Part shown: positions 53,114 to 62,672 of the stretch, in pieces
How positions within the stretch are numbered: position 1 is the stretch's first letter
Layout: every line of letters begins with the position of its first letter
Assembly (NCBI GenBank): GCA_903902515.1
Contig: CAIUVD010000069.1
Span: 11,475-75,474, forward strand
Source: an uncultured Planctomycetota bacterium
GTDB taxonomy: Bacteria > Planctomycetota > UBA11346
DNA: 64,000 bases
Direction of reading: 5' to 3'
Program-made: the position numbers and the translations under genes
Notes under the pieces: generated by a model
What the model was told of the DNA's origin: nothing
What the model saw: only the letters and a program-made list of their open reading frames with translations
Database searches by the model: none

Positions 53114-55105
53114 TCAGGGGCGCAGCACCACCCGCTGGGGTCCTGTCCCCGGCACGGACAGCAGGAACCGGCCACCGTCCGGCGACCAGTGCAGGTCTTC
53201 GGCGCGGGCACCGCCCACTATCGTCGGCGCCCTGGCCGCCCACCCCACGAGCTGGCCGCCATCGGCGAGGTCGATGGCGCAGAGCCCGTCGTGGTGGGTT
53301 ACGGCCTCGATGGCGCCGCCGGAATTCAGCAGGTTCGCCAGCCCGAAAATCGCCAGGCCGTTCTGCACGGGACTGAGGGTCACCACCTCCCATTCCTGGG
53401 GCGCGAGGGTCACGACGAGGCCGCCCAGGGCCACGGTTTTGGTCCGATGGGCGTAGGCCGCCATCGTTCCCTCCCGGGGGGTGGGCAGTTCCGTGGGGCC
53501 CACCGTCAGGGCGGCGGTGGCGCCATCCTGCTGGCGATGGAACACCCCCACCACGGCCCCGTGGCGGTTGCGGTTGACGACCGTCAGCAGGGGGGTGTCG
53601 CCGTACAGGGTGCTGCGCCCCGGGCGACCCGGATCCAGGGCCCGGGGGATGCGCCCGTTCGACATGGCCACGGCCCGCAGGACTGCGGGGTCATGGGCCC
53701 CGGGCTTGTCGGACACGTACACCGGCCCGCCGGACACGGCGCGGGCGGCGGCGTGGTACCACCCCTGGGGATGGCGGGAGTGGAACATGTCCCAGTCGAT
53801 CTGCTGGAAGTGGCCGAACCACAGACCCACGGCGGCATTGGTCCACAGGTGCTGCCCGTGGGAGGCGGGATCGTTGGGCCAGAAATCGTTGGAGCCCCGA
53901 TTGAGATTGGAGTCGCCGGGCAGGTACCAGGTCTCGGTGCCGTGGGACATGCAATTGATGAGGCGGCCCTGGAAGTGCCGGTGGACCGAGTCCTCCAGCG
54001 CGCCGCGGTAGGCGGCGGTGAGCACGACTCGGCCGCCGGTGCCATTGGCGAGGCCCTCGAGCACGGCCTGGGAATCCACCTTCACCCCGTCGACGCCCTC
54101 GTCGGCGAGATGGCGGTGGTAGTCGTCGTAGAAGCGGCGGATCCCGCCCGCATCGGGGCGGGTCACCGCCTGTCCCCACCACTGGTGGTTGGCCAAGGGC
54201 TGGACCTGCAACAAGCCTTGACCGAAACTCCGCGCCACGGCCTGGGCCCCGTAGCCCGGCAGATCGCCGGGATCGATGCCGCCCCAATAGCCCGTGATGT
54301 TGTGCCACACCAGCACGCGATCGACCCCGAACTCGTGCTTGGCCATGCCCACGGTCGGCGTCAGGGAATGGCCGAACTTGGCGTTGGCGCGAAAGGAGGT
54401 CAGACGTTCTTCGCCGCTGGACTGCACTGCCGTGGACTGCCAGCCGTCATCAATGATGAGGAACCGTACGCTCGCGCCGGCCTCCCGCAGGCTGGTAAGA
54501 CCCGCGCGGATCCCCGCCGGGTCTACGGCGTGGTAAAAGGCGTCCCACGTGCACCACCCGAAGCCGTCGATCAGATCCGGAAGGGTCTTGTCGAGGCGCA
54601 GGCGGCACCCTGGCAGCCGTGCGGCCACGGCCTTGGCGCCGTGTTCCAGCAGGTCGTAGGGATCCGTGCCTCGCCCCACGTAGGCCGCCAGGCCACCCTG
54701 GGCACCCTGGAAGGCGTCGCCGGTTTCACCGACCAGCACCAGACCGTTGGCCGAACCCTCCAGCGTGAAGCGCATGCCCCTCTCCAGCAGGGGGACGATC
54801 AGCACCTGCTCACCGTCCTCCAGGTCGAGGAGCAGGAACTGGGTCTCGACGGGCACCTGGGACACGGCGGTGCCCGTGCGCGGGACCATCCACCAAGCGC
54901 CGTCCCGAGCACAGGCCAGGAAGCGCCGTACACCCGGGATGGTGCCGAGACGCCACGTCAGGCGGGTGCCCGGACGAGGGGCCTGGGCCACCAGGAAGGC
55001 GCCGGCACCCGTGGCATCCGTGATGACGGCCAAGCCGGGATCGGGGTTCTCCAGCAAGGGACGACCATCAAGGGACAGGGAAACCGGGGGGCGTTGGATG
55101 GGCAT
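53114..55105 (-). CDS. Glycoside hydrolase family 36-like (raffinose synthase / Sip1 alpha-galactosidase family)
   Basis: GFGWCTWDAFY, FLIIDDGWQ, GVKVDSQ and the overall ~660 aa size match the Raffinose_syn/GH36 signature. Confidence 0.75.
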   Translation of the reverse strand: MPIQRPPVSLSLDGRPLLENPDPGLAVITDATGAGAFLVAQAPRPGTRLTWRLGTIPGVRRFLACARDGAWWMVPRTGTAVSQVPVETQFLLLDLEDGEQVLIVPLLERGMRFTLEGSANGLVLVGETGDAFQGAQGGLAAYVGRGTDPYDLLEHGAKAVAARLPGCRLRLDKTLPDLIDGFGWCTWDAFYHAVDPAGIRAGLTSLREAGASVRFLIIDDGWQSTAVQSSGEERLTSFRANAKFGHSLTPTVGMAKHEFGVDRVLVWHNITGYWGGIDPGDLPGYGAQAVARSFGQGLLQVQPLANHQWWGQAVTRPDAGGIRRFYDDYHRHLADEGVDGVKVDSQAVLEGLANGTGGRVVLTAAYRGALEDSVHRHFQGRLINCMSHGTETWYLPGDSNLNRGSNDFWPNDPASHGQHLWTNAAVGLWFGHFQQIDWDMFHSRHPQGWYHAAARAVSGGPVYVSDKPGAHDPAVLRAVAMSNGRIPRALDPGRPGRSTLYGDTPLLTVVNRNRHGAVVGVFHRQQDGATAALTVGPTELPTPREGTMAAYAHRTKTVALGGLVVTLAPQEWEVVTLSPVQNGLAIFGLANLLNSGGAIEAVTHHDGLCAIDLADGGQLVGWAARAPTIVGGARAEDLHWSPDGGRFLLSVPGTGPQRVVLRP

Positions 55106-55161
55106 GGCGTAGGGGCGGGAGGCGGTGGTGGAGGGGCAGAAGCGGAACCACGAGCGAGGAC

Positions 55162-56427
55162 TCACTCCATGGGCAGGGGCTTCCCATCCCGGGCGGCCAG
55201 GAACCAGGCGTTCCGCACGGGCTGGAAGGGTTCGCGGCCCTTCACGTGTTCTGCCGTGGGCATGATCACCAGGCGTTTCGGTCCGCCCAACTGGTTGAAC
55301 ATGGCGATAACCCCTGCCGGGGGACAGGTGGTATCGATCAGCCCCACCCCCACCAGGACCGGCACCTTCACCCGGGGAGCGAAGTTGACCACATCGTAGT
55401 AGGCGGCGGCCTTCAGGCGGGCCTCCGCCTCAGCCCCAGTCGCTCCGGCGACCCAGTTGGGCCACCCGGGTGCGCGTCCCACGGATGCCCCCGCGTGATC
55501 GCAGCCCGCGGGCACGTCCCCCGTGGCGACGGTGACCGCCGGGTGCAGGGCGGCGGTGACGATGGCCTGCAGGGCGCCCTGACTCCCCCCCGACACCAGG
55601 AAGGTCGCCCGATTCCAATCGGCCCGCGTCGTCAGGTAGTCGGCGGCCCGGTAGCAGGACAGGTACATGCGCAGGAAGTAGCTGGCGTTTCGATCGTTGG
55701 CTCCGATGTGGGAGTAATCTTTCAGGGCGCCCGCCTTCAGGCTGTCATAGAAGGCCTTCTCGCGATCGACCGGCAGGTCGTGGGCCAGGATGTTGAGGGT
55801 CAGCCAGCCGTTCCGTGCTTGGCTCACGGACCAGGCCTTGTCGAGGGGGTACACCCCGGCCCATTGGACCACGAGCTGGGCCGGGCAGGACGCCTCACCT
55901 TTGGGCCGGGCCAGGTAGCCGTTGATGCGGCTGCCGTTGATATTGGCCATGGAGATCTTCCACAAGTCGACCCGGGGGTCATCGCTCGGAACCGACTCCA
56001 GAACCGGATCTGCGGGGATGGTCTGCAGGGTCGCGATCTTGGCCTTCCAGAAGGCATCAAAGTCGGCGGGGGCTGGCGCCGCCGGGGCGATGCGGGGCCA
56101 GTCGACCACCGCTCCTCCCCAGGCGTTGGTCTTTTCGCCCGTGGGAATGGTCAGCAGCAAGGTGCCTGGGCCGGGAAGGCTGGTCTGCACCGTGGCCGTG
56201 CCCTCGACGGGTTGGAGGGTCCCCTGGGCGGCCACCGTGCGGCCGCCGATTTTCACGGTGTAGGTGGGCGCGGCATCAGCCGGGAGACCGGTGATGGTCC
56301 ACGTGACGGTCTCGCCGGCAGCGTAGATGCCGTCGCGGTGATCGGCGGTGATGGTGAGGTCGGCGGCCGCGATGGCGGCGACGAGACTGAGGAGGAAGAA
56401 GGGGCGCATGGTGGTCCTGGGGATCAT
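55162..56427 (-). CDS. Carbohydrate esterase family 7 (acetyl xylan esterase / cephalosporin-C deacetylase-like)
   Basis: Signal peptide MRPFFLLSLVAAIAAA. GGSQGA nucleophile motif, plus Asp/His downstream. N-terminal Ig-like domain. ATGA overlap with the upstream GH27 gene. Confidence 0.75.
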   Translation of the reverse strand: MIPRTTMRPFFLLSLVAAIAAADLTITADHRDGIYAAGETVTWTITGLPADAAPTYTVKIGGRTVAAQGTLQPVEGTATVQTSLPGPGTLLLTIPTGEKTNAWGGAVVDWPRIAPAAPAPADFDAFWKAKIATLQTIPADPVLESVPSDDPRVDLWKISMANINGSRINGYLARPKGEASCPAQLVVQWAGVYPLDKAWSVSQARNGWLTLNILAHDLPVDREKAFYDSLKAGALKDYSHIGANDRNASYFLRMYLSCYRAADYLTTRADWNRATFLVSGGSQGALQAIVTAALHPAVTVATGDVPAGCDHAGASVGRAPGWPNWVAGATGAEAEARLKAAAYYDVVNFAPRVKVPVLVGVGLIDTTCPPAGVIAMFNQLGGPKRLVIMPTAEHVKGREPFQPVRNAWFLAARDGKPLPME

Positions 56428-58079
56428 GGGCGGGGAAGGGCGATGAGGGCGGCCCCGTGGGCCTCGACGGACACGGCGAGGGTCTCGGCGATGGGGCCGA
56501 GATCCCGCTGCCGCCACAGGTCCCGGGCGTGGGATGCCCCACCCGTGGCCAGGGGCAGGGCCTGGCGATGGTCCGCCAGGTTGAACAGACCGAAGACGAG
56601 ACTGCCGTCCGCCAGTTCCTTGCGCCAGATTTCGTACGACCCCGGGGAGGAGGCCACCCGACGGGCGGGTTTCACCGCGGCATCCTGGTTGATGGCCAGG
56701 ACGTCGTCGTTGGTAATGAGGCCCCGGGTGAAGTCGTCCAGTTGGCCCAGATCGCAGGACAGCAGCAGGGGCTGCTGCAGCAGGCACCACAGGCTGACCT
56801 GGAAGTACTGCTCAGCCGGAGTCAGGGGGCTGGGTTTGAAAATGGTGTTGGTGCTATTGGGCACCCCGATGCTGCCGATCTGCAGCATGTCCAGGTCGCC
56901 AAAATGGCCGGGTCCGCTTAACGCATGGCGGCTGACCATGTCCTCGCCAAAGGGCGCCGTGAGGCAGGCCCAGGTCGGTTGAATGTCCTCCGTCAGGCGC
57001 CACAGGTTGGCGTAGCGGACGGCGATGGGATCCTCCGCCGTGGAGTGGCGGGGGGAGAGGCTGAGGACGATGTCCCGGTCCACGGCGCGGAAATCGTCGT
57101 GGAACCGGCGGGTGATGGCCTCGGTCTTGTCGTGGTTGGCCTTCTCGTCCGGGGCGAAGGTGCCATCCGCCCCGCGTACCAGGGGCCATTCCTTCCAGTC
57201 GTACTTCACGAAATCCACGCCCCAGGCGGCGAATTGGCGGGCGTCCCGGTCGATCAGCCACACCGGGCCGATGGCGCACAGGCCCTGGCGGATTCCGCCC
57301 GGATAGCGGCCGAAGTACTGGCCTGGACCTTCACGCTGGTCCACGGGACGGTAATGGGCCGAATAGTCGGCCGCTGCGTTCGGGGCCGAGCCACCGATGT
57401 AACCGGCGTAGGTGCTCATCCAGGGGGTGCTGTACAGGCCCAGCTTCATGCCCTGTCCATGGACGTAGGCCGACAGGGCCGGCATGTCTGGGAACTTCCG
57501 ATTGCCACGGATGGCCAAGGACACGGGGTCACGCTCCCCGGTCCAGCAGTCGTCGATGTTGATGTAGGACCAGCCGTGGGCCACCAGGCCCGCGTCGCGC
57601 ATGGCATCGGCCATCCGGCGGATGCCCGTGTCGCTCACGGACTCGCTGTACACGTACCAGCTGTTCCACCCCATGGGAGGCGTCAGGCAGATGGTGTCGC
57701 CGACGACCATCGCCAGGTCGGCTTCCGCCGTGCCCAGGTGATTGGTGACCTGGAGACGCACGGGCCAGGTTCCGGCTTGGGCTGGGGCCATCCCGGTGAT
57801 GAGGCCCGTGTTTCCGTCGATGGCCATGCCGGCTGGCAAGCCCTGGGCGGCGTAGGTCAGGGCTCCACGGCCCGTGGCCGGGACGGCATAGAGCATCGGT
57901 TTCCCTGGCCGTACGCCGAAGGTCCGTGGGCCGTTGATCCGGGGCTGGGGGCCGGGGACGGGGGTCAGCACGGGCCGGGGATCCCCGGCCGGGAAGGCGG
58001 CGTCATAGGCCGTGAGGATCTCAGCGGCGGGGGCGGCGGTCCAGGCCGCCAAGGTCATGAGCAGGAGGGAACGGATCAT
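56424..58079 (-). CDS. Glycoside hydrolase family 27 alpha-galactosidase
   Basis: Signal peptide MIRSLLLMTLAAWTAAPAA. PPMGWNSWYVY, YINIDDCW and GVDFVKYD are GH27 hallmarks. ATGA overlaps at both ends. Confidence 0.85.
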   Translation of the reverse strand: MIRSLLLMTLAAWTAAPAAEILTAYDAAFPAGDPRPVLTPVPGPQPRINGPRTFGVRPGKPMLYAVPATGRGALTYAAQGLPAGMAIDGNTGLITGMAPAQAGTWPVRLQVTNHLGTAEADLAMVVGDTICLTPPMGWNSWYVYSESVSDTGIRRMADAMRDAGLVAHGWSYINIDDCWTGERDPVSLAIRGNRKFPDMPALSAYVHGQGMKLGLYSTPWMSTYAGYIGGSAPNAAADYSAHYRPVDQREGPGQYFGRYPGGIRQGLCAIGPVWLIDRDARQFAAWGVDFVKYDWKEWPLVRGADGTFAPDEKANHDKTEAITRRFHDDFRAVDRDIVLSLSPRHSTAEDPIAVRYANLWRLTEDIQPTWACLTAPFGEDMVSRHALSGPGHFGDLDMLQIGSIGVPNSTNTIFKPSPLTPAEQYFQVSLWCLLQQPLLLSCDLGQLDDFTRGLITNDDVLAINQDAAVKPARRVASSPGSYEIWRKELADGSLVFGLFNLADHRQALPLATGGASHARDLWRQRDLGPIAETLAVSVEAHGAALIALPRP

Positions 58080-60211
58080 GGGGTGTTTCCAGGGGAGGCG
58101 GAGGGTGCGGGGTGGATCCACAGGCCGAAGCAGCCCCCCGCGACCCACAGGTCGCGGGTCTGCGGATGGACCCGTAGGCAGAAGGCTTCGCGCCCGCCAT
58201 CGCGTTGGCCGTCCGTCAGCGGCTTGGTCACCGACAAGGAGGCCCAGGTATCCCCGCCATCGGTGGAACGCTGCACCGAGACACTGCTGGTGTACCGGTT
58301 GCGGCAGCGTCCGACGTAGACCACCTGCGGATCCAAGGGGTCGATGGCGACGGAGTTGACCCGGGGCACCGTGGGCTCCTGATCTGGAACGAGGTTGGTG
58401 ACCCGTGTCCAGCCGCCCGCGGACCAGCGCCGGAGTTCGCGCTGATCGACCACCACCCACACCTGATCGCCCGCCGGGGTCACCGCCAGATCCTCGATGG
58501 TGCCGGTGATCGGTGCCACCAGACGCCACGAGGCCCCGTGATCCCCGCTCATCACGACGCCCTCGGGGCCGCGACCGTAGAGGTTGCCGACAGCGTCATG
58601 GGCGAAGACCCCGGAACATCCGGCCATCCGTTGCCAGGTCATGCCGCGATCGGTGGTGCGCAGGCTTCCAGCGAAGGCGACCGAGGGCTCCCGGGGGTCG
58701 CCGGTTGCTACTTTGACGCCGTCGTAGGCCTGCCCCGTGCTTGACCAGGTGACCCCGCCGTCGCGGCTGACGCTCAAGATGGGGGAGGAACCCCAGGATT
58801 CCTGTACACCGACGACCATCACCTGGGCATCGATGGCATATCCGCCATAGGTAAAGCCGCCCCAACGGTGGCCCGAAACCGGGGCATAGGTCCAGGTGCG
58901 GCCCCCGTCCCGGGTGACGGCACCGTTGTAATCCTGGCTGCCGATCATCAGCAGATGGGGATCGCGCACGTTGAAGGCCAGTTTTCCGCCAACCAGGAGA
59001 CAGTTGAAGCCGCCGCTGCTGGGGACGAAGGTCCGGCCCCCATCCCGGCTGATGGTCGGGAAATCCCCGCCGCTGGACCAGCACACCTGGGCATCGATGG
59101 GGCTCCAGGTGGGGACGTGCTGTCGCGCATTGGTGGGCAGGAAACTGCTGCGCCCGTCCACGGATGCCGGAAGGACGTTCCGACCTCCGTCATGGCTGAC
59201 GAAGCGGGGCCACTCGTAGTCGTCCGCTTGGTAGTCCCCCTGACGCCAGAAGGCCAGGCGACGGTCATCGACCGGACTCACCCGCACATCCCGCAAGGAG
59301 CCTTTCCCGGGCAGGGAGGACGCCGTGAACAGCATGGTCCACGTGGCTCCGGCATCGTCACTGCGCAGGGCCGCTTCGGGCGTGGTGGCCCAGACCGAGG
59401 TCGGTAGGCGGGGATGCACATCCACCGCCGTGCAGGGGCCGGCGAGGATCCGGGTGAAGGTGGTGCCACCATCCCGGCTCAGCCACAGTCCGGTCGGATG
59501 GGTGGCATAGAGGAGTCCGCCGGCCGGGGCGACGGCGATTTCGCCGCCGGCGAGGTGGGCGGTCCCCGGTAGCACCTGCCAAGTCCGACCACCGTCGTCG
59601 GAACGCCACAGAGCCGGATCCGCCGGAATGGCCTCGGTCCGCCCGGGCCCCGGGGCATCGGTGGCGATGCGGGACCAATAGACCCGTCCGGTCCGGGCCT
59701 GGGCCGCATCCCACGTGGTCGGATCGAACGCCAGTTGGCGACGGAAATCCATGGCTCCGCAGATAGTGGCTGACAGCACCTGACGCCAGGACGCAGCCCC
59801 ATCTTCGCTGAGCCACAGGCCATGCCGGGGCGAGGCCATGGAATTGGCGCCCACCGCCAAGCACCGCTGCGGGTTTCCGGGATCGATGGCCAGGCCCGAG
59901 GTTCCGCGCGGATCGAAACCGACATTGCAGGGTTCCCAGGTCGACCCAGCATCCCGCGACCGCCATAGTCCTCCCACATCGGTGCCATAGAGCAGGAACC
60001 GACCGTTCGTGCTCACGGCGATGGCCCGGTGCCATTGGCCGCCTTCGCCCCCCGGGATCCCGGCCGCCCGCTGCTCGGCGCTCTGCAAAGGTACGGCTCG
60101 CCAGCCCGGTTCGGCGGCGGCGACGTGGACGGTCAGTCCCGTCAGCAGGACCAGGAGCACACCGTGGTGGAGGAGGGACAAGACCCGGGGAAGGTGGCGC
60201 ATGGTCGCCAT
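58076..60211 (-). CDS. BNR/Asp-box repeat glycoside hydrolase (GH74 xyloglucanase-like double beta-propeller)
   Basis: At least 12 Asp-box repeats (SRDAGSTW, SDDGGRTW, SRDGGTTF, SDDAGATW, TRDGGRTW, SRDGGVTW, STDGGDTW...) spread over ~700 aa. Signal peptide. Confidence 0.75.
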   Translation of the reverse strand: MATMRHLPRVLSLLHHGVLLVLLTGLTVHVAAAEPGWRAVPLQSAEQRAAGIPGGEGGQWHRAIAVSTNGRFLLYGTDVGGLWRSRDAGSTWEPCNVGFDPRGTSGLAIDPGNPQRCLAVGANSMASPRHGLWLSEDGAASWRQVLSATICGAMDFRRQLAFDPTTWDAAQARTGRVYWSRIATDAPGPGRTEAIPADPALWRSDDGGRTWQVLPGTAHLAGGEIAVAPAGGLLYATHPTGLWLSRDGGTTFTRILAGPCTAVDVHPRLPTSVWATTPEAALRSDDAGATWTMLFTASSLPGKGSLRDVRVSPVDDRRLAFWRQGDYQADDYEWPRFVSHDGGRNVLPASVDGRSSFLPTNARQHVPTWSPIDAQVCWSSGGDFPTISRDGGRTFVPSSGGFNCLLVGGKLAFNVRDPHLLMIGSQDYNGAVTRDGGRTWTYAPVSGHRWGGFTYGGYAIDAQVMVVGVQESWGSSPILSVSRDGGVTWSSTGQAYDGVKVATGDPREPSVAFAGSLRTTDRGMTWQRMAGCSGVFAHDAVGNLYGRGPEGVVMSGDHGASWRLVAPITGTIEDLAVTPAGDQVWVVVDQRELRRWSAGGWTRVTNLVPDQEPTVPRVNSVAIDPLDPQVVYVGRCRNRYTSSVSVQRSTDGGDTWASLSVTKPLTDGQRDGGREAFCLRVHPQTRDLWVAGGCFGLWIHPAPSASPGNTP

Positions 60212-60248
60212 CTTGGGGCACCACCATCAGCAAAATCCAGGGGCCTGA

Positions 60249-60264
60249 TTGCGGATCTGTGACA
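60249..60264 (+). promoter_or_regulatory. Conserved motif TTGCGGATCTGTGACA (instance 7)
   Basis: In the 87-nt gap between the divergent GH operon (minus) and the beta-helix gene (plus). 35 nt upstream of ATG 60299. Confidence 0.6.
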
Positions 60265-60298
60265 TTACCGATGAGGACCCCGGCCGCAGCATATCGGT

Positions 60299-61945
60299 AT
60301 GCGCCAGCCTCTCCTGCCGAGTGTGGTGATCCTCCTCCTCCTGGTCCTGGGAAGCGGCCTGCTGACAGCCCAGGAATGGTTTGTGGATCCTGGGGGGCGA
60401 GCTCCGGGCAAAGGTTCCTCCCAGGAGCCGTGGGTTTCCTTGGCCGCCGCCGTCGGGCATAAGAACGTTAGCGCAGGAGACACCATCAACCTGCGACCGG
60501 GGATCTACCAGAGCCAGGCCAGGGACGAAATTTACCTCACGAAAGCGCGCCTGACCCTGCGTCCGGATCCATCTCGGTCTGGTCGGGTCATCATTGATGG
60601 GGGGGTACTGTCCCAAGACCTGAGGAACCGTGATGCCGAAGGCAAGCAGAAGCGCATAGCCAACTACGGCCAAACCAAAAGGGTGCTACAAATCACTGCC
60701 AATGACGTGACCATCATGGGTTTGGAGGTCCGAAATGGCTATGTGGGCATTTACAGCAATGCCGCCAACACGCGGATTCTGAAATGTCATGTGCACAATA
60801 TGGCCCAGTCCGCCATCTCCTTGAGCGGAGAAGGGGCGGAGATTGCCTCCTGCATCGTTCACGATGTCGCTTTGTACAACATCGACGGGCAATGCCTGGC
60901 CAAGGACGACCCCACGGACCGAGATAAACGGAAAAAGGTCTATCGCGACGATGGAAGTATGATGACGAATTCGGATGGATCGCCGAAAAACATGGACTGG
61001 CCGGTCGCCATCCGTGTGAACGGTACGTATCCCCAAGATACCAGTAAGCCTCTCGCCCAACTCAACATCAGTAGGAAAGCCCGGGTCCACGACAACCTGC
61101 TATGGAACGCCTGGTGTGAGGGCTTTGGCTCTTATTTCTCAGAAGATGCTCTCTTCGTCAACAACACCGCCTTCAATATTTGGCGGATCGGCTACTACCC
61201 GCAGAACGCCGATCGGGCGGTGCTGGACGGCAATCTTATTTTCTATCGCAATCATGGATTCGATGAGTGGGCGAACCGGGACGGCATCATCTTTAACAAC
61301 GAGCGTCCTCGAGACTACCTCGTTAGCCGACATGGAGCAAAAAATGAGCTTCCAGACACGTCGGGTCTCGTTCTTCGCGGTAACATGGTCCTTGGGGCGA
61401 AATCGGGTCTCAGTTCCCCGACGTGGAAGGATCCGAAGCAACTCAATACCCAGTCCAACACCACCGTCACCATCCGGGGCAACCTGATCGGATTCATTGA
61501 GGACTCAGCCTCGGGTGCCCCTACCTCGGGTATCCATATCGGTACCCATGTTCGTGGAATCACCCGCGTGGAGTGGAACCTGCTGGTGAGTAGTCGAACT
61601 ATGGTCTCGGACTGGAGGTCGATCTTCGCCGCTGCCGATACGACCCGTACGGTGAGGGTCGAGGACAACAATCGGACCGTCTCCCATACGACGGAACCCG
61701 CGTTGGCCGATCTCGCCTCGTTGCAGGACGCCGTGCTGACGAAGGCCACGGCGGTGGCAAACCTTGCTCGAGATGGTTCGGGGCCACGGGATACCGGAAG
61801 TGCCCTGCGCGAGCTCCAAGACGCCGTTGGCAATCTTCGTGCCCCCCTGGTCGGCCTCCTCCGGGATCGGCAGACAACACCTCCCAATTCGGCACCGAGC
61901 ATCCAGTCGACCGCCGCCAATCCACCCGTTGTCACCCTGCCCTGA
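60299..61945 (+). CDS. Secreted right-handed parallel beta-helix repeat protein (pectate-lyase-like polysaccharide lyase/hydrolase fold)
   Basis: Signal peptide. Repeated beta-helix rungs (ITANDVTIMGLEVRNG, NTRILKCHVHNM, EIASCIVHDV, AVLDGNLIF, VLRGNMVLG, TIRGNLIGF). GC ~52-55%, versus ~68% in the flanks. Confidence 0.7.
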   Translation: MRQPLLPSVVILLLLVLGSGLLTAQEWFVDPGGRAPGKGSSQEPWVSLAAAVGHKNVSAGDTINLRPGIYQSQARDEIYLTKARLTLRPDPSRSGRVIIDGGVLSQDLRNRDAEGKQKRIANYGQTKRVLQITANDVTIMGLEVRNGYVGIYSNAANTRILKCHVHNMAQSAISLSGEGAEIASCIVHDVALYNIDGQCLAKDDPTDRDKRKKVYRDDGSMMTNSDGSPKNMDWPVAIRVNGTYPQDTSKPLAQLNISRKARVHDNLLWNAWCEGFGSYFSEDALFVNNTAFNIWRIGYYPQNADRAVLDGNLIFYRNHGFDEWANRDGIIFNNERPRDYLVSRHGAKNELPDTSGLVLRGNMVLGAKSGLSSPTWKDPKQLNTQSNTTVTIRGNLIGFIEDSASGAPTSGIHIGTHVRGITRVEWNLLVSSRTMVSDWRSIFAAADTTRTVRVEDNNRTVSHTTEPALADLASLQDAVLTKATAVANLARDGSGPRDTGSALRELQDAVGNLRAPLVGLLRDRQTTPPNSAPSIQSTAANPPVVTLP

Positions 61946-61955
61946 GGATCCACCC

Positions 61956-62648
61956 ATGCCATGCTTCCTGCGCCTGCTCGCCCTGACCTGCGCCCTGATC
62001 GGCTCTGCTGCCGCTGTCGAAACCCAGCTGCAGGTCACCGCCACGGACGATAATCTTCCACGGGGAAACTTGACCTATACGTGGTCGGTGAGCGCCTTTC
62101 CGGCGGATGCCACCGGTTCGAATCAGGCCCAGATCAGCTCGGCACCCAATGCCGCCTTTCCGACCGCCAATCAGCAGAATCCTCGAGTCGTGCTCCGGGT
62201 CGCGGGAACCTATAAGTTTCGGGTGGAGGTGTACGACGGACACCTGACCACATCGAGTTCTGCGGCCCAAGAAGTCACGGTGGTCGTGAATCCTCCGCCC
62301 AACACGGCGCCCACCCTCACCGCGATCCAAGACCAGTTGATCGCCCGGAATGGCGCCACGGGCGCGCTCCAATTCACGGTCACTGACAACGCCGCCAATC
62401 TCAAGGTGGAATGGGAAACCACCAATGCGACCCTGGTGCCGACATCGGCGGTCGAACTGGCAGGGACTGGCGCCAGCCGGACGATCAAGGTCACTCCCGC
62501 CCGCGACCAAAGCGGTACGGCCACGATCACGGTGAAAGTTACGGATGCGGGAGGACTGACGTCCTCCATCCGGTTCACCTTGACGGTGAATGCTCCGCCG
62601 ACCATCACCCGGACCAGTGCCGCTCAAACCACCCTGACGTTGCCGTGA
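61956..62648 (+). CDS. Secreted tandem Ig-like/PKD-like domain protein
   Basis: Signal peptide MPCFLRLLALTCALIGSAAA. Two ~95-aa beta-sandwich repeats (..TYTWSV..., ..LQFTVTD...). Confidence 0.6.
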   Translation: MPCFLRLLALTCALIGSAAAVETQLQVTATDDNLPRGNLTYTWSVSAFPADATGSNQAQISSAPNAAFPTANQQNPRVVLRVAGTYKFRVEVYDGHLTTSSSAAQEVTVVVNPPPNTAPTLTAIQDQLIARNGATGALQFTVTDNAANLKVEWETTNATLVPTSAVELAGTGASRTIKVTPARDQSGTATITVKVTDAGGLTSSIRFTLTVNAPPTITRTSAAQTTLTLP

Positions 62649-62672
62649 TCACCACTCCCCTGGAGGGTTCCC

